Shown here: in pieces, positions 1-11,099 of the stretch | How positions within the stretch are numbered: the first letter of the stretch is position 1 | How the letters are laid out: each line of letters starts with the position of its first letter | NCBI GenBank assembly: GCA_000934665.2 | Contig: KZ538226.1 | Location: 1-64,000 of the forward strand | Direction: 5' to 3' | Length of the DNA: 64,000 nucleotides | Source of the DNA: Catajapyx aquilonaris | Taxonomy: Eukaryota | Made by a program: the position numbers and the translations under genes | The notes under the pieces: model-generated | The model's input: only the letters and a program-made list of their open reading frames with translations | Database searches by the model: none | Told to the model about the DNA's origin: nothing

Positions 1-108
1 ATACCTCGGACATGAGCAATGGCCAAGTTACAGCAAGAGAAATTCCATTAAAATTTTTTGATGATTAAACTTACGGTCGACCTGGAAAAACAAAGTTAGT
101 GGTTTAGG

Positions 109-655
109 TTGAAGAATTTAAGAATGCCAGTAATGAGTACGACGTTGAACTTGGCCGTATTTCAGATCTCACCACTTTTGACGGCCAAGCAGTCGGAGAA
201 CTTGGCCTTTTTTTACAGAAAGGTTTTTGGTGGGATTTATTATATGGTTTACCACTTTACACGCAAAGAATGTTGGTTAACCTATAAGGAACAAAATATT
301 CCAATAATTAATCACGAGGTGTCTGTACAAATTGAAAGTGATGACAATTGTAGTTGGTGTAATTGTAACACTCAATTAACGACCCTCCATGTACTATTCG
401 AGTGCCCAATATTCGAGACCTCACGAAATAGTTACTTGAGCGACCTTTCTGCTGTATCTTCGGAATTGTTACCGTTTGTGTTTGCAGATCAGTCCAAAGT
501 CCAGATTTATGCCCTTTTCTATTTTTTCTCAAATGTTGCAAAACGCATACAACTGTGTGGTTAACGTGATGTAATGCTTGGTGGTTGTGTCCCCCTAAAA
601 ATGGCCAACTGGCTAGCTAATGGGGTAAAAAGAATAAAAATAATATAAAAATACT
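109..655 (+). mobile_element. Decayed 3' end of a non-LTR retrotransposon (LINE ORF2 C-terminal zinc-knuckle region plus A-rich tail)
   Basis: ORF 109..564 contains CSWCNCNTQLTTLHVLFECPIFETSR, a C-x2-C...H-x4-C motif typical of LINE ORF2 C-termini. It is followed by a short 3' region and an A-rich tail (aaaaagaataaaaataatataaaaata). No RT domain is visible. Confidence 0.6.
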
Positions 656-672
656 CGTCGAAATTATTTCAG

Positions 673-984
673 GCGGAAGTATTGCTGGACTCGATGTACA
701 CTTCACCTGTGGAAATCACAGCTGCTGACTTCTTCTCCATCAACAGACGACTTGTGACTAACGTACGTCATCGTCATCGGTGCACGAGCCAGGCCAAGGT
801 TTCAACGGCATCTTTTTCATCGGAATCAAACTTGCCTCTTCTTTCAGATCACTGGCGCAATCACTATACTTACCTGGTGGTCGTAATGCAGTTCCGTGTT
901 GGTGAATCAGGACGAGACAGCACTGGACATAGCAGGGACATAGCCAGTACAACGACACGGATCACACCTCACACGTACCTGTGA
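673..984 (+). pseudogene. Gustatory receptor (GR, 7tm_7-type), last two exons (673..762 and 848..984), with a frameshift; upstream exons lie outside the window or are lost
   Basis: Acceptor tttcag at 672, then a 90-nt phase-0 exon AEVLLDSMYTSPVEITAADFFSINRRLVTN, GT at 763 and acceptor ctttcag at 847. This is followed by ITGAIT and the GR TM7 signature TYLVVVMQF. The signature is 2 nt out of frame with the acceptor, and the spliced frame stops at 884-886. Confidence 0.75.
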
Positions 985-1216
985 CGTTGGCCTACGCAAC
1001 TGCAAATCAGAACATGCTATAAATGTCTTAAAAATCATACCAATAATGCGCTGCTATAGATGATCAATATAAGAACGACAACTATCAGAGCAATGAATTG
1101 ATTTGCCATGTTTGTACTCGATATTAATTACCATAGAACAGTGCGTGTAGCATTGAGTTGCCTAATATTACTGGGCGTCTCTTGTAATGTTGCGTAATGT
1201 AGGTTATTGAATTTGA

Positions 1217-1355
1217 TTCTACTGGCAGCCCACATCACAGCCTGAGTTCTTCGCCGCTTGGTTTGGACTCTTTGGAGGTCATCCTGGTCATCCACCAAAT
1301 GAACCAATATCATCCAACCCATCATGCGTTTCTGCCACCAGTTCTTTTGGCCCTC
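1217..1355 (+). pseudogene. Truncated C-type lectin exon fragment, paralogue of exon 3 of the gene at 10090..10706
   Basis: Aligns by eye with 10524..10641 (ttctactggcagcccacatcacagcctg...catccaccaaatgaaccaatatcatcca...ttttggccctc). Translates FYWQPTSQPEFFAAW...HPPNEPISSNPSCV. An in-frame TGA lies immediately before it, and no upstream exons are seen. Confidence 0.8.
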
Positions 1356-2839
1356 ACACACCATGTGGAAACTGCAAGGGGAACTGGCTATAAGCGGTGA
1401 AGTCCAGTGCAAGTGATGCTTGCTTGCACTTGGTCTCTTTTGCCCAAGTTATGTGATTTTCTGTCAGTTTTTCGTTGTTATTCGATTTTTGCTCTGGTTT
1501 GCGACCTTATACTTTGAGGTTGACTATTTGAGGTTTTTTTGGGCCTATTTCGCGGTTTTTTCGGGCCTAAAAATCCAGACTCGAGTTATGATTTAGGTTT
1601 TGGTTGTTCCAGTAAATGATTTCAATACATTTTGTCACGTACACATCTGGAACCAGCTTTTAAAATAAAGATAATGATCTTGCAACCTCACTACATCCAC
1701 CAGTTTCATTCTGTGAAACCTGCCTCTAATGATGGGCCACAGTACAAAGACACTGATTATATAGAATTTTATTTGTCATCTGCCAATAAAAATTGACTAG
1801 TCATGCACCCAGGATCCATGCTGAAGTATATGGGCACGATGATCTTCAGAAGAATAATCAATATGACAGTCATCAGCAGGAAGCAGTAACTGACGACACA
1901 AGCATTTTGGAGTTAGCCATTTTATATTGAAAAAAGAAGAAAAAACTTGTCTAATTATTATAGTACACATGGTGAATGAAATGTTTACAACTTAATCATA
2001 TTACAAGACTTTCTCTCCACAGGATGCAAATTGTACCTTAAATACACATTGAAAATCAAGTCGTTGGAAAATGTGACACATGTTGATTTTGAAACAATGC
2101 TTTACTGTGGTTTACACTCCAGGAAAGTACAACTACTAAGAACTTAACAATAATGTGCCCAGTCCATGGGCATTCAGTTTGAAATATCATAATTAGATAT
2201 TATTACTAAAAAAACAGAAGTGGCAATTAAAATGCATCACACACGAGATTGTCACATTTTAAATATTAAAGACCATTAAGTTAACAGTCAAACAACACAA
2301 TAATTGCAGTAAAAAAATTCAAAATGTGAAACATGTACAGTACAGGTGGAGGAAATGTAAACATTACGTGCCTGCATACAACCAAGCTTAAGGCTATAAT
2401 GTGCCCAATATGTGAACATAAGAGAAAAAATTAATTGATTTGGTGTTTCAAATAACATAAGCGAATAGAAAATTAATATGCACCATACTTATTCACACAC
2501 GAGTTCCGGTACAGCGAAATGTAACAAACTCATTTGTTGCAACATGATCAGACTTTGGTCCCTGAATGTTCACCCACTATACCAATCATAAAAGCGTGCA
2601 TTTACAGGGCGGAATATATGACTATGAGAACACAACATTACTTACATTTTGCCAACATGTAATTGTCATTTCAATTTTACTTGAAAATATGAGCACAGAT
2701 TGCAAGTGGTAATGGTCATGAGGAAAATTCATTGTGTGTAGTCTGTTTATCAAGACGCAAAATATAGTGGGTGGGTGTCTCAGCAAGGCTGCCGTCTCGA
2801 ATGGCGATATAATGCAGGTCAGAAGTGCGGGTCACTCAC

Positions 2840-4960
2840 TTATGAAAGGCTACTAAGCGAAATGCATTCATCGTATTCATCGCCTTCTTTGCGAAGAGAA
2901 GGAGTTGGACTGGTGGGAGGTTCAGTGTGAACAGGTTTCACTTGGGTGATGGGGAAAGAAGGCCGTTTGGCTGAGCACAATTTGGACAACTTCTCAATTG
3001 CAAAGCATACCACTGTTATAATCCAACAAGCAACAATGAGGACGAAGGGACCGTACAGCTTCCTCACAGTGAGGGGCCTGCTCTCCTCCTCGTCCTCGCT
3101 CCCCATTCCTTCCTCAGCCTCTTCTTCTTCCTCACTCTTGGACCACTGGCGACGCTGTACCTCCTTCAGGGACTTACGAAACACATTGTAGAATTCGTTG
3201 CGTTGTAGGTAATCCGACAGCCCATGCTCAAAAATACAGATTGCAATTCTGCTAACCTCTGGCCAGAATGGGATGTCCTTGAGGACTGATGAACCAGTGA
3301 ATAAGTTGAGGGCGGGTTCCGTGTTGTCCCTCACGCGAAGCTTACCATTGCTGTCCATCCCTTCAGATTTACCCAGGTCCATAAGTAAATTAATTCCGAT
3401 GCAACTGAAATAGTCCTCTTCAGCTGCCTTTTCAATGCATTCAGTGTAGCTGCTCATCATGAGCAATTTTTGAGCAATATCGTGGTAGTAGGTGTGGCCT
3501 TCCACTTTGTTGGCTAACATGTTGTAGAGCAAAACCATTTCCCAATGGGCGCCTATTTCCAAACGAGAATTGCTGAGTTCTTCCAGTGTAGTTGGAAGCT
3601 GCTCCTTCCCAGGAACTGCCACAAAAGCGAAAACCATTTCTGAGTAACCGCACGATAGAATCATGGCCACGAAAAACCAAAACAGAAGAAAGATTCTTGC
3701 AGCATGAGCCCTTGGAAACTCTTCGTTGGCCATCTGCTCAACCAAGACTCCTGCACAGGAGTGAATAGCAATGTCTCCAAAGTCCTCTCCTGGGATAGTG
3801 TATAAGGAGGCTTCTATTTTGAGCAGTTTCCAGGTGACTCCGATTGCAAAAGCAGTTCCTAAAGCGATCAAGACCCAGACCCCCGGCTGGTAAGGCCAGA
3901 AGACAGTCTTCCATGTCCACAAGGGTTTGGGGAATCCGGTGACAAATTCAAAGCGAAGGTACGTGTCTGGGTAGATGTATTTAACATGTGACATGTCTTC
4001 TCCTTGGTAGAAAGCGCCGAAGCAGAAGTCTGCTTGACCAGTCACCAAGTGTTTAATAGGTGTCAACCAGGTTCCATTTCTCAGACGGGATCTTTCCATC
4101 ATCTCTGGGCTTATTGTCATTTCGTAGGTGCTCCAGGTGAAGTTCATCTTGTCGCTGTATAATAAAATTAATGCTTCAATGAAGTCCAGATTCAGTCGGC
4201 CATACTTCTCCCTCTTCTTCATGACTTCATTTTCGTCAATATTTCTAAAAAATACACCTCTAACGTGTCTCCCATGCAAGTTTCTTGCCAAATCCGGGAA
4301 CATGCCCCCTACCCCCAGTCCCGGATACTGTCCCAGAAGATTCTTGGAGTGCTTTCCCTCATCGCAGCAGAAGCAAATGGTGGCTATTTCCTGCAGTAAC
4401 CCTCCACCAGAAGGCTTGACGGCCACCTTCCACCTCATCCCCAGCATGCTGTTGGTCCTGTCCTCCTTTGGTGAAATGGCCTTGTCAGGGTCTTCCCTGG
4501 TCCAGATGACGACGTGGTCGTCGTCTGACCTGACCTTGACCCTGGTGGAGACGAAGATGCTCATCCGGTTGACCAGTCCGGATGTCCTGGTGGTGAGTAG
4601 CTGCACCAGACAAGGACCTGTCCACTCCTTGGAGCTAATGTCCCAATAATCTCGATGCGATGCGTCATCCGGGACAGAGAAGGACTCGGGAGGAGACAGA
4701 GTAAGTGTAGGGCGATAGTGTTCGTTGGCATTCGAGAGAATCTCTTGAATCGTCTTCGGAACAAACACAAAATCGTGGGCCAGCAAAAGAGTACATTCGC
4801 GCGACTCCTCAAAGAGGATGATATCTTGCAGCAAGCGAGATATCAGGCCTTCAGTTGTTCTGTTATTCGAATGAATGAAAGCTGAATACGCCAAGAAGTG
4901 TTCATTAAGCACCACCGAAATTATTAACATGGTACCGGTACTGACACTGATGACACCCAT
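2840..4960 (-). CDS. Divergent ionotropic receptor (variant iGluR chemoreceptor), intronless, 706 aa (IR copy 1)
   Basis: Hydrophobic N-terminus from MGVISVS (ATG at 4960). S1-like LVTGQADFCFG...FVTGFPKP, pre-M1/M1 VFWPYQPGVWVLIAL, RIFLLFWFFVAMILSCGY helix, LPTTLEEL, and final TM PLTVRKLYGPFVLIVACWIITVVCFAIE. Together these give the standard IR layout. Confidence 0.9.
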   Translation of the reverse strand: MGVISVSTGTMLIISVVLNEHFLAYSAFIHSNNRTTEGLISRLLQDIILFEESRECTLLLAHDFVFVPKTIQEILSNANEHYRPTLTLSPPESFSVPDDASHRDYWDISSKEWTGPCLVQLLTTRTSGLVNRMSIFVSTRVKVRSDDDHVVIWTREDPDKAISPKEDRTNSMLGMRWKVAVKPSGGGLLQEIATICFCCDEGKHSKNLLGQYPGLGVGGMFPDLARNLHGRHVRGVFFRNIDENEVMKKREKYGRLNLDFIEALILLYSDKMNFTWSTYEMTISPEMMERSRLRNGTWLTPIKHLVTGQADFCFGAFYQGEDMSHVKYIYPDTYLRFEFVTGFPKPLWTWKTVFWPYQPGVWVLIALGTAFAIGVTWKLLKIEASLYTIPGEDFGDIAIHSCAGVLVEQMANEEFPRAHAARIFLLFWFFVAMILSCGYSEMVFAFVAVPGKEQLPTTLEELSNSRLEIGAHWEMVLLYNMLANKVEGHTYYHDIAQKLLMMSSYTECIEKAAEEDYFSCIGINLLMDLGKSEGMDSNGKLRVRDNTEPALNLFTGSSVLKDIPFWPEVSRIAICIFEHGLSDYLQRNEFYNVFRKSLKEVQRRQWSKSEEEEEAEEGMGSEDEEESRPLTVRKLYGPFVLIVACWIITVVCFAIEKLSKLCSAKRPSFPITQVKPVHTEPPTSPTPSLRKEGDEYDECISLSSLS

Positions 4961-5610
4961 TGTCGTTTGCTGTTGTAAAGTCACCAATGACCTGCAGGTT
5001 TATCCTTGTGCTTGTCCTTGAAGAGTACTCAAACTATGTTGGGTAAGATGCGCGGAACTTCTGGAATGTGTCCAGTAGCCGAACCGATTCAACAATATTG
5101 TCTCACTATACTGTACAATGTACATGGACCCATTTCCTCTGAAAGTCACGAGCCAGTTTAAAATAACAACCTTATACATAAGGCTACTCGAATAAGCCAA
5201 TGCAATTGTCTCAACTAGAGCTCATGCAGGTATGAGCCAGAATTTGACACGTAGGCATACTGAATTATGGACAACCAGAATGGCAATGTCTAGATTCACA
5301 GATACTGTACTACATACGTATGATGTCTCACGTTAGTTTTGGAAGCAAGTGACAACTTGATCATTCTGTAGGAGTTGGCGAGGAATGCAATTATTTCCTT
5401 GGAATCAATATTTTAATTTTACAGTCCCTAGATTTGTGAGGTGTTAATGTCACTGGTATTGTTCAACCATGCTCAGGAGTAAGGCTACTTCTTGAAGGTG
5501 CCCCAGAAAATTATTTTTGTTTATCAAGAGGCAAATAGTGGGTAGGTGTCTCAGCAAGGCTGCCGTCTCGAATGGTGATATAAAGCAGGTCAGAAGTGCG
5601 GGTCACTCGC

Positions 5611-7722
5611 TTATGAAAGGCTACTAAGCGAAATGCATTCATCGCATTCATCGCCTTCTTTGCGAAGAGAAGGAGTTGGACTGGTGGGAGGTTCAGGGAG
5701 AACGGGTTTCACTTGGGTGATGGGGAAAGAAGGCCGTTTGGCTGAGCACAATTTGGACAACTTCTCCATTGCGAAGCATACGACTGTTATAATCCAACCA
5801 GCGACAATGAGGACGAAGGGACCGTACAGCTTCCTCACAGTGAGGGGCCTGCTCTCCTCCTCATCCTCGCTCCCCATTCCTTCCTCAGCCTCTTCTTCTT
5901 CCTCACTCTTGGACCACTGGCGACGCTGTACCTCCTTCAGGGACTTACGAAACACATTGTAGAATTCGTTGCGTTGTAGGTAATCCGACAGCCCATGCTC
6001 AAAAATACAGACTCCAATTCTGCTCACCTCTGGCCAGAACGGGATGTCCTTGAGGATTGATGAACCAGTGAATAAGTTGAGGGCGGGTTCTGTGGTGTCC
6101 CTCACGCGAAGCTTACCATTGCTGTCCACCACTTCATATTTAGCCAGGTCGATGAATAAATTAATTCCGATGCAACTGAAATAGTCCTCCTCCGCTGCTT
6201 TTTCAATGCATTCAGTGTAGCTGCTCATCATGATCAATTTTTGAGCAATATCGTGGTAGTAGGTGTGGCCTTCCACTTTGTTGGCTAACATGTTGTAGAG
6301 CACAACCATTTCCAAATGGGCGCCTACTTCCAAACGAGAATTGCTGAGTTCTTCCAGTGCAGTTGGAGGCTGCTCCTTCTCAGGGACTGCTACAAAAGCG
6401 AAAACCATTTCTTGGTAACCACAGGAAAGAATCATGGCCACTAAAAACCAAAACAGAACAAATATCCTCGCTGCATGAGCCCTTGGGAACTCCTCGTTGG
6501 GCAACTGCTCAACCAAGGCACCTGCGCAGGAGTGAACAGCAATGTCTTCCAAGTCCTCTCCTGGAACAGTATACAAAGCTGCTTCTATTTTGAGCATTTT
6601 CCAGGTGACTCCTATTGAAAATGCAGTTTCTAAAGCAATCAAGACCCAGACTCCCGGCTGGTAAGGCCAGAACACAGTCTTCCAGGTCCACAGAGGTTTT
6701 GGGAAGCCGGTGACGAATTCAAAGCGGAAATATACGATTGGGTACATGTATTTAACATGAGACATGTCTTCTCCTTGGTAGAAAGCGCCGAAGCAGAAGT
6801 CTGCTTGACCCGTCACCAAGTCTTTCATAGGTGTCAACCAGGTTCCATTTCTCAGACGGGATCTTTCCATCATCTCTGGGCCTATTGTCATTTCGTAGGT
6901 GCTCCAGGTGAAGTTCATCTTGTCGCTGTACAACAGGAGGTATGCTTCGATGAAGTCCAGATTCAGTCGGCCATGCTTCTCCCTCTTCTTCATGGCTTCA
7001 TTTCCGTCAATATTTCTCCAAAATACACCTCTAGTATGCCTTCCATGAAAGTTTCTTGCCAAATCCGGGAACATGTCCCCTACCCCCAGTCCCGGATACT
7101 GCCCCAGAAGCATCTTGGTGTTCTTTCCCTCGTCGCAGCAGAAGCAAATGGTGGACACCTCCAGTAACCCTCCATCAGGAGAAGGCTTGATGGCCACCTT
7201 CCACTTCATCCCCAGCATGCTGTTGGTCCTGTCCTCCTTTGGTGAAATGGCCTTGTCTGGGTCTTCCCTCGTCCAGATGACGACGTGGTCATCGTCTGAC
7301 CTGACCTCGACCCTGGTGGAGACGAAGATGCTCATCCGGTTGACCAGTCCGGATGTCCTGGTGGTGAGCAGCTGCACCAGACAAGGACCGGTCCACTCCT
7401 TGGAGCTAATGTCCCAATAATCTCGATGCGATGCGTCATCAGGGACAGAGAAGGACTCGGGAGGAGACAGAGACAGTGTGGGGCGATAGTGTTCGTTCGC
7501 ATTGGAGAGGATCTCTTGAATCGTCTTCGGAACAAACACAAAATCGTGGGCCAGCAAAAGAGTACATTCGCGCGACTCCTCAAAGAGGACATCTTGCAGC
7601 AAGCGAGATATCAGGCCTTCAGTTGTTCTGTTACCCGAATGAATGAGAGTTGAATGTGTCAAGAAGTGTTCCTTAAGCCCCACAACAATTATTAATATGG
7701 TACTGACACTGATGACACCCAT
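5611..7722 (-). CDS. Divergent ionotropic receptor, intronless, 703 aa (IR copy 2)
   Basis: Close paralogue of copy 1 with the same motifs. Start placed at MGVISVS (7722) by homology with copy 1, although the open frame extends to 7881. Confidence 0.9.
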   Translation of the reverse strand: MGVISVSTILIIVVGLKEHFLTHSTLIHSGNRTTEGLISRLLQDVLFEESRECTLLLAHDFVFVPKTIQEILSNANEHYRPTLSLSPPESFSVPDDASHRDYWDISSKEWTGPCLVQLLTTRTSGLVNRMSIFVSTRVEVRSDDDHVVIWTREDPDKAISPKEDRTNSMLGMKWKVAIKPSPDGGLLEVSTICFCCDEGKNTKMLLGQYPGLGVGDMFPDLARNFHGRHTRGVFWRNIDGNEAMKKREKHGRLNLDFIEAYLLLYSDKMNFTWSTYEMTIGPEMMERSRLRNGTWLTPMKDLVTGQADFCFGAFYQGEDMSHVKYMYPIVYFRFEFVTGFPKPLWTWKTVFWPYQPGVWVLIALETAFSIGVTWKMLKIEAALYTVPGEDLEDIAVHSCAGALVEQLPNEEFPRAHAARIFVLFWFLVAMILSCGYQEMVFAFVAVPEKEQPPTALEELSNSRLEVGAHLEMVVLYNMLANKVEGHTYYHDIAQKLIMMSSYTECIEKAAEEDYFSCIGINLFIDLAKYEVVDSNGKLRVRDTTEPALNLFTGSSILKDIPFWPEVSRIGVCIFEHGLSDYLQRNEFYNVFRKSLKEVQRRQWSKSEEEEEAEEGMGSEDEEESRPLTVRKLYGPFVLIVAGWIITVVCFAMEKLSKLCSAKRPSFPITQVKPVLPEPPTSPTPSLRKEGDECDECISLSSLS

Positions 7723-8423
7723 CGTCGTTTGTGGCTGTAAAGTCACCAATCCACCTGCACGTTTATCCCTTGCGACTGCTTGTCCTTGAGAAGTACTCAA
7801 ATTATGTTGGGTAAGATGCGCGGAACTTCTGCAATGTGTCCAGTAGCCGAACCGATTCAACAATATTGTGTCACTGTACATGGACCCATTTCCTCTGAAA
7901 CTCCCGAGCTAGTCTAAAATAACAACCTTATATACTCGAATAAACCAACGCAATTGTCTCAACAAGAGCTCATGCAGGTACGAGCCAGAATGCGACACGT
8001 ATGCATACTGAATTATGGACAACCAGAATGGCAATGTCTATAGATTCACAGATACTGTATACATACGTATTATGTCTCACGTTAGTTCTGGAAGCAAATG
8101 ACAACTTGATCATTGCGTAGGAGTTGGTGAGGAAGGCAATTATTTCCTTGGCATCAATTACTTATAAAGTCCTTAGATTGTGTGGTGTTATAATGTCACT
8201 ATTATTGTTCAACCATGCCCAGGGTACGTAGGGCTACTTATTGAAGGTGCTGCAGAAAATTATTGATATTTGCTATTGATCCGAGTCATATTTAATGACA
8301 CTGTCTATGCCTCTATGGGCATCTTTATCATGTCCTATTCGGGAGTTCATAATGCCTAAAAATAATGTTATTCGATACCATATAGATTGTGACACATCAC
8401 ACATCATTGTACATTTCTGATCG

Positions 8424-8461
8424 CTCTCTCTCTCTCTCCCTCTCTCTCTCCCTCTCCCTCT
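8424..8461. repeat. Imperfect (CT)n microsatellite
   Basis: Directly visible ctctctctct...cctctccctct tract. Confidence 0.9.
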
Positions 8462-10089
8462 GTCGCTGATGGAAAAACTTTCGTTTCTTTGAGATGATAT
8501 AAAATAATCATGATTATCCTTGCCATAAAAGACGCATAGAAGAGGTGAAAACAAATAGCATTAAAAAAAAATTCTCTAACGATAGTGTGGCCCTATCCCG
8601 TGGGCCATTCAGTCTCTCCCACACTCTCGATATCAACTGGTCATTGCAGGCGCAAAATGAGCGTGACGCGCACTATTTGCAAAACTGAAACTTTGATTTT
8701 AAAACATTTGATATTATATCTGAAATAATTTTATGTTAGTGTACAGTATGTCTATGCAAATTGCTTTTCTTCCGGGTTTCCTAGTATACAAAAACGTAAC
8801 AAGGACATTTTAAAATAATTCTTACACTATGGTGCAGGACATTCTCATCTTAAGACGCAACATTGAATCATGATGTGACTATGTCTTATGAATTTATGAT
8901 ACGTATATACTGGGGGGGGGGGAGGGAATAGACAGCAAACCTCCAAAGCGTGCTGTAAATATTGCATCAGAGAAGTCACAAAGATTGCTGCCGACGTAAA
9001 CGTTTACTTATAGGTCTTCTAAAGAGTTGGGTCGATGTAGGACACACTTGCGCCGACCCACTCAATAATTGAAATTGAAATTACTAAAATCGATGAAAAC
9101 AATCAGGCCTGTGTAATGTCTCTAATGTGTTTACTTATAGTAACTAACTGTAAATTTTTTTATATAAAAAAACAAGTAGGTGTGTGGTGTGTCTAGCTGC
9201 TTGCTCTCAGCAGCAAGTATACCTATACGAGCATCCACGCTACAGGATCCGGAATATTGTTAATAGTTGGTAACAAAATCACTCTATACTCGTATAATGA
9301 TGACAATAGGGACTTTGTCACATCAGGAAGAATTACCCATCAATTTTAGCCACATTTGTGATCTGTCCCTAAAATGATAGTACTAAATGTTCCCTATGGT
9401 TATTGTTCTTTGCGAAACAATAATTATTGAGACCTTGTTTTGAGCTGGTCTATGGTAGCCTAATGTTTCCGGTGCAGTGCCGTGACCTGTCACTGCGGGG
9501 TTAGTGAACAGTTGTAAGAATAAACCCTACAGAATAATTAATTTTATTATAAAACTTTATAAAGTGTAATAATTATGAGATTTATCGCGGAGTATATAAA
9601 CGCATCTCTTGTCATATTTCAACAACTTCATCCAACAGACTGAGTGCTGGGCACAAAGAGATAAAATAATATTGCTACACTCAGCATAACACAACAAAAA
9701 TGATAATGAAATAGTGTAATTATTATCCCGTTGTGCCAGATCTCAGAATTATCTGAATGAACAGGACAGTCCAATAGCGTTAAGTGCTAATGGTTGTAAT
9801 GGTCAATTGCCGCCGATAGTAAAGACATTTTATGGGACTATGATAATTTTATCTCTCTGTACTCAACAATGCCCTGCGAGGACTGTGATAGATAATAATT
9901 GACTGTCGGTACATTACAAAGTCACTGAAATTAATGGGTTTGCAACACTCTCCCCACATTCAAAAGTGTTTGTCAACTCAGTAAGTGATCACAAATAATA
10001 TTGTAACAAAGCGATAAGATTAGCCTATATTTTACCAGTATATTAATCCACAAATTGAAAAGTAGTAGCCCAATAGTGAACTTTCCAGG

Positions 10090-10706
10090 ATGAAACCAAC
10101 ATTATTTCTCCTGCTCAGTCTCTCTGCTCTACATCTTAGCTTTTGTGCACCACCTCATGACACTCAAGGTATGTAGACGCCTGTTCGCAGTCAATCACGT
10201 AAAAATGCGTCTTTATAAGTCAGCCTACATTGCAGAACCCGACTCGTGCAAGCACCCTTTTGTGAGTTTGTCTACCGGGTGTTACTATTATGAAGCGTTT
10301 GATACGAACTGGTTCCAAGCGTCTGAGCTATGCATAAGTTACGGCGGACATCTCGCCATCATCACCGATCCAGTGGAAAATAAAGCTCTAGAAGTCTACC
10401 TTAATCGTAAGTCAAACTGCGGGTAACTCAACAGAGGTCAGCAGCTCAGCATGCCTTTTCTTTTCATCAGAAACGCCTGCAATATCGTGGGTGGGCGCAA
10501 ATGCCTTGGGAGACGGCGCCAATTTCTACTGGCAGCCCACATCACAGCCTGTGCTCTTCTCCGCTTGGCCTCAAGGACATCCACCAAATGAACCAATATC
10601 ATCCAGCCCATGCGTTGGTGTTACCAGTGTTTTTGGCCCTCTGTTATGGGGTAATATTCCTTGTTCTTTTAATTCGACCATCCTATGCGAATCAAGTCCA
10701 ACATGA
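10090..10706 (+). CDS. Secreted single-domain C-type lectin, 161 aa; exons 10090..10168, 10236..10406, 10471..10706
   Basis: Signal peptide MKPTLFLLLSLSALHLSFC. Two GT-AG phase-1 introns join the exons in frame. CTLD motifs present: GCYYY, WFQASELCISYGGHLAII, WVGA, FSAW, and C...WGNIPC...ILCE. Confidence 0.88.
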
Positions 10707-11099
10707 AGACAAACACAAACACGGCAACCTAAAACATATTTGCACCTAATTTTTTGTCTAAATAAACTAATCTGTAAAATCACAATAGGTTGCAATGTGC
10801 TTTACTTCTGATTCTGATATATGCATGAGGGTCCGAAATAAACTTGATTATGCTGTCTGTATATTACGAAACACTACTTCTATATTTCAATTGCATTATT
10901 ATACAGTTTGTGTAATGTGGCTCTCAAAACTAATTATTATCTGGCCAATATGCAAAACATGCAGTAGGTTACTGTCAAAGCAGCCTTGCAAAAGCATCAC
11001 CAAAACGTCATCGATGATGCATCACCTGCCGAGATAATAAAACTGATTATGACGTAACCACATTTTGTCAATTTTTTTCATGAGCTTGAAGCGATAAAA

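Larger units (their letters stand above)
2744..8264. repeat. Head-to-tail tandem duplication of a ~2.77 kb unit (2744..5517 and 5518..8264), each copy holding one IR gene plus its upstream region
   Basis: Both units begin tgtttatcaaga(c/g)gcaaa...gtgtctcagcaaggctgccgtctcgaatgg and end ggctactt(c/a)ttgaaggtgc..cagaaaattatt. The non-coding flanks align closely throughout. Confidence 0.93.

Noticed and set aside
1413..1590. T-rich segment ending ggcctaaaaatccagactcgagttat, resembling a DNA-transposon end
   Set aside because: Only one end is visible, with no partner TIR or TSD; too weak to call.
4128..4649. Antisense ORFs repeated in all three IRs (also 7073..7420, 14407..14742, 2946..3191, 5633..5962)
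   Set aside because: These are shadow frames of the paralogous IR coding sequences, so their similarity is explained by the sense-strand genes.
7723..7881. 53-aa N-terminal extension of IR2
   Set aside because: The homologous stretch upstream of IR1 (5000..5200) is broken by a stop and indel, and the signal-like segment starts at MGVISVS. It is most likely 5'UTR.
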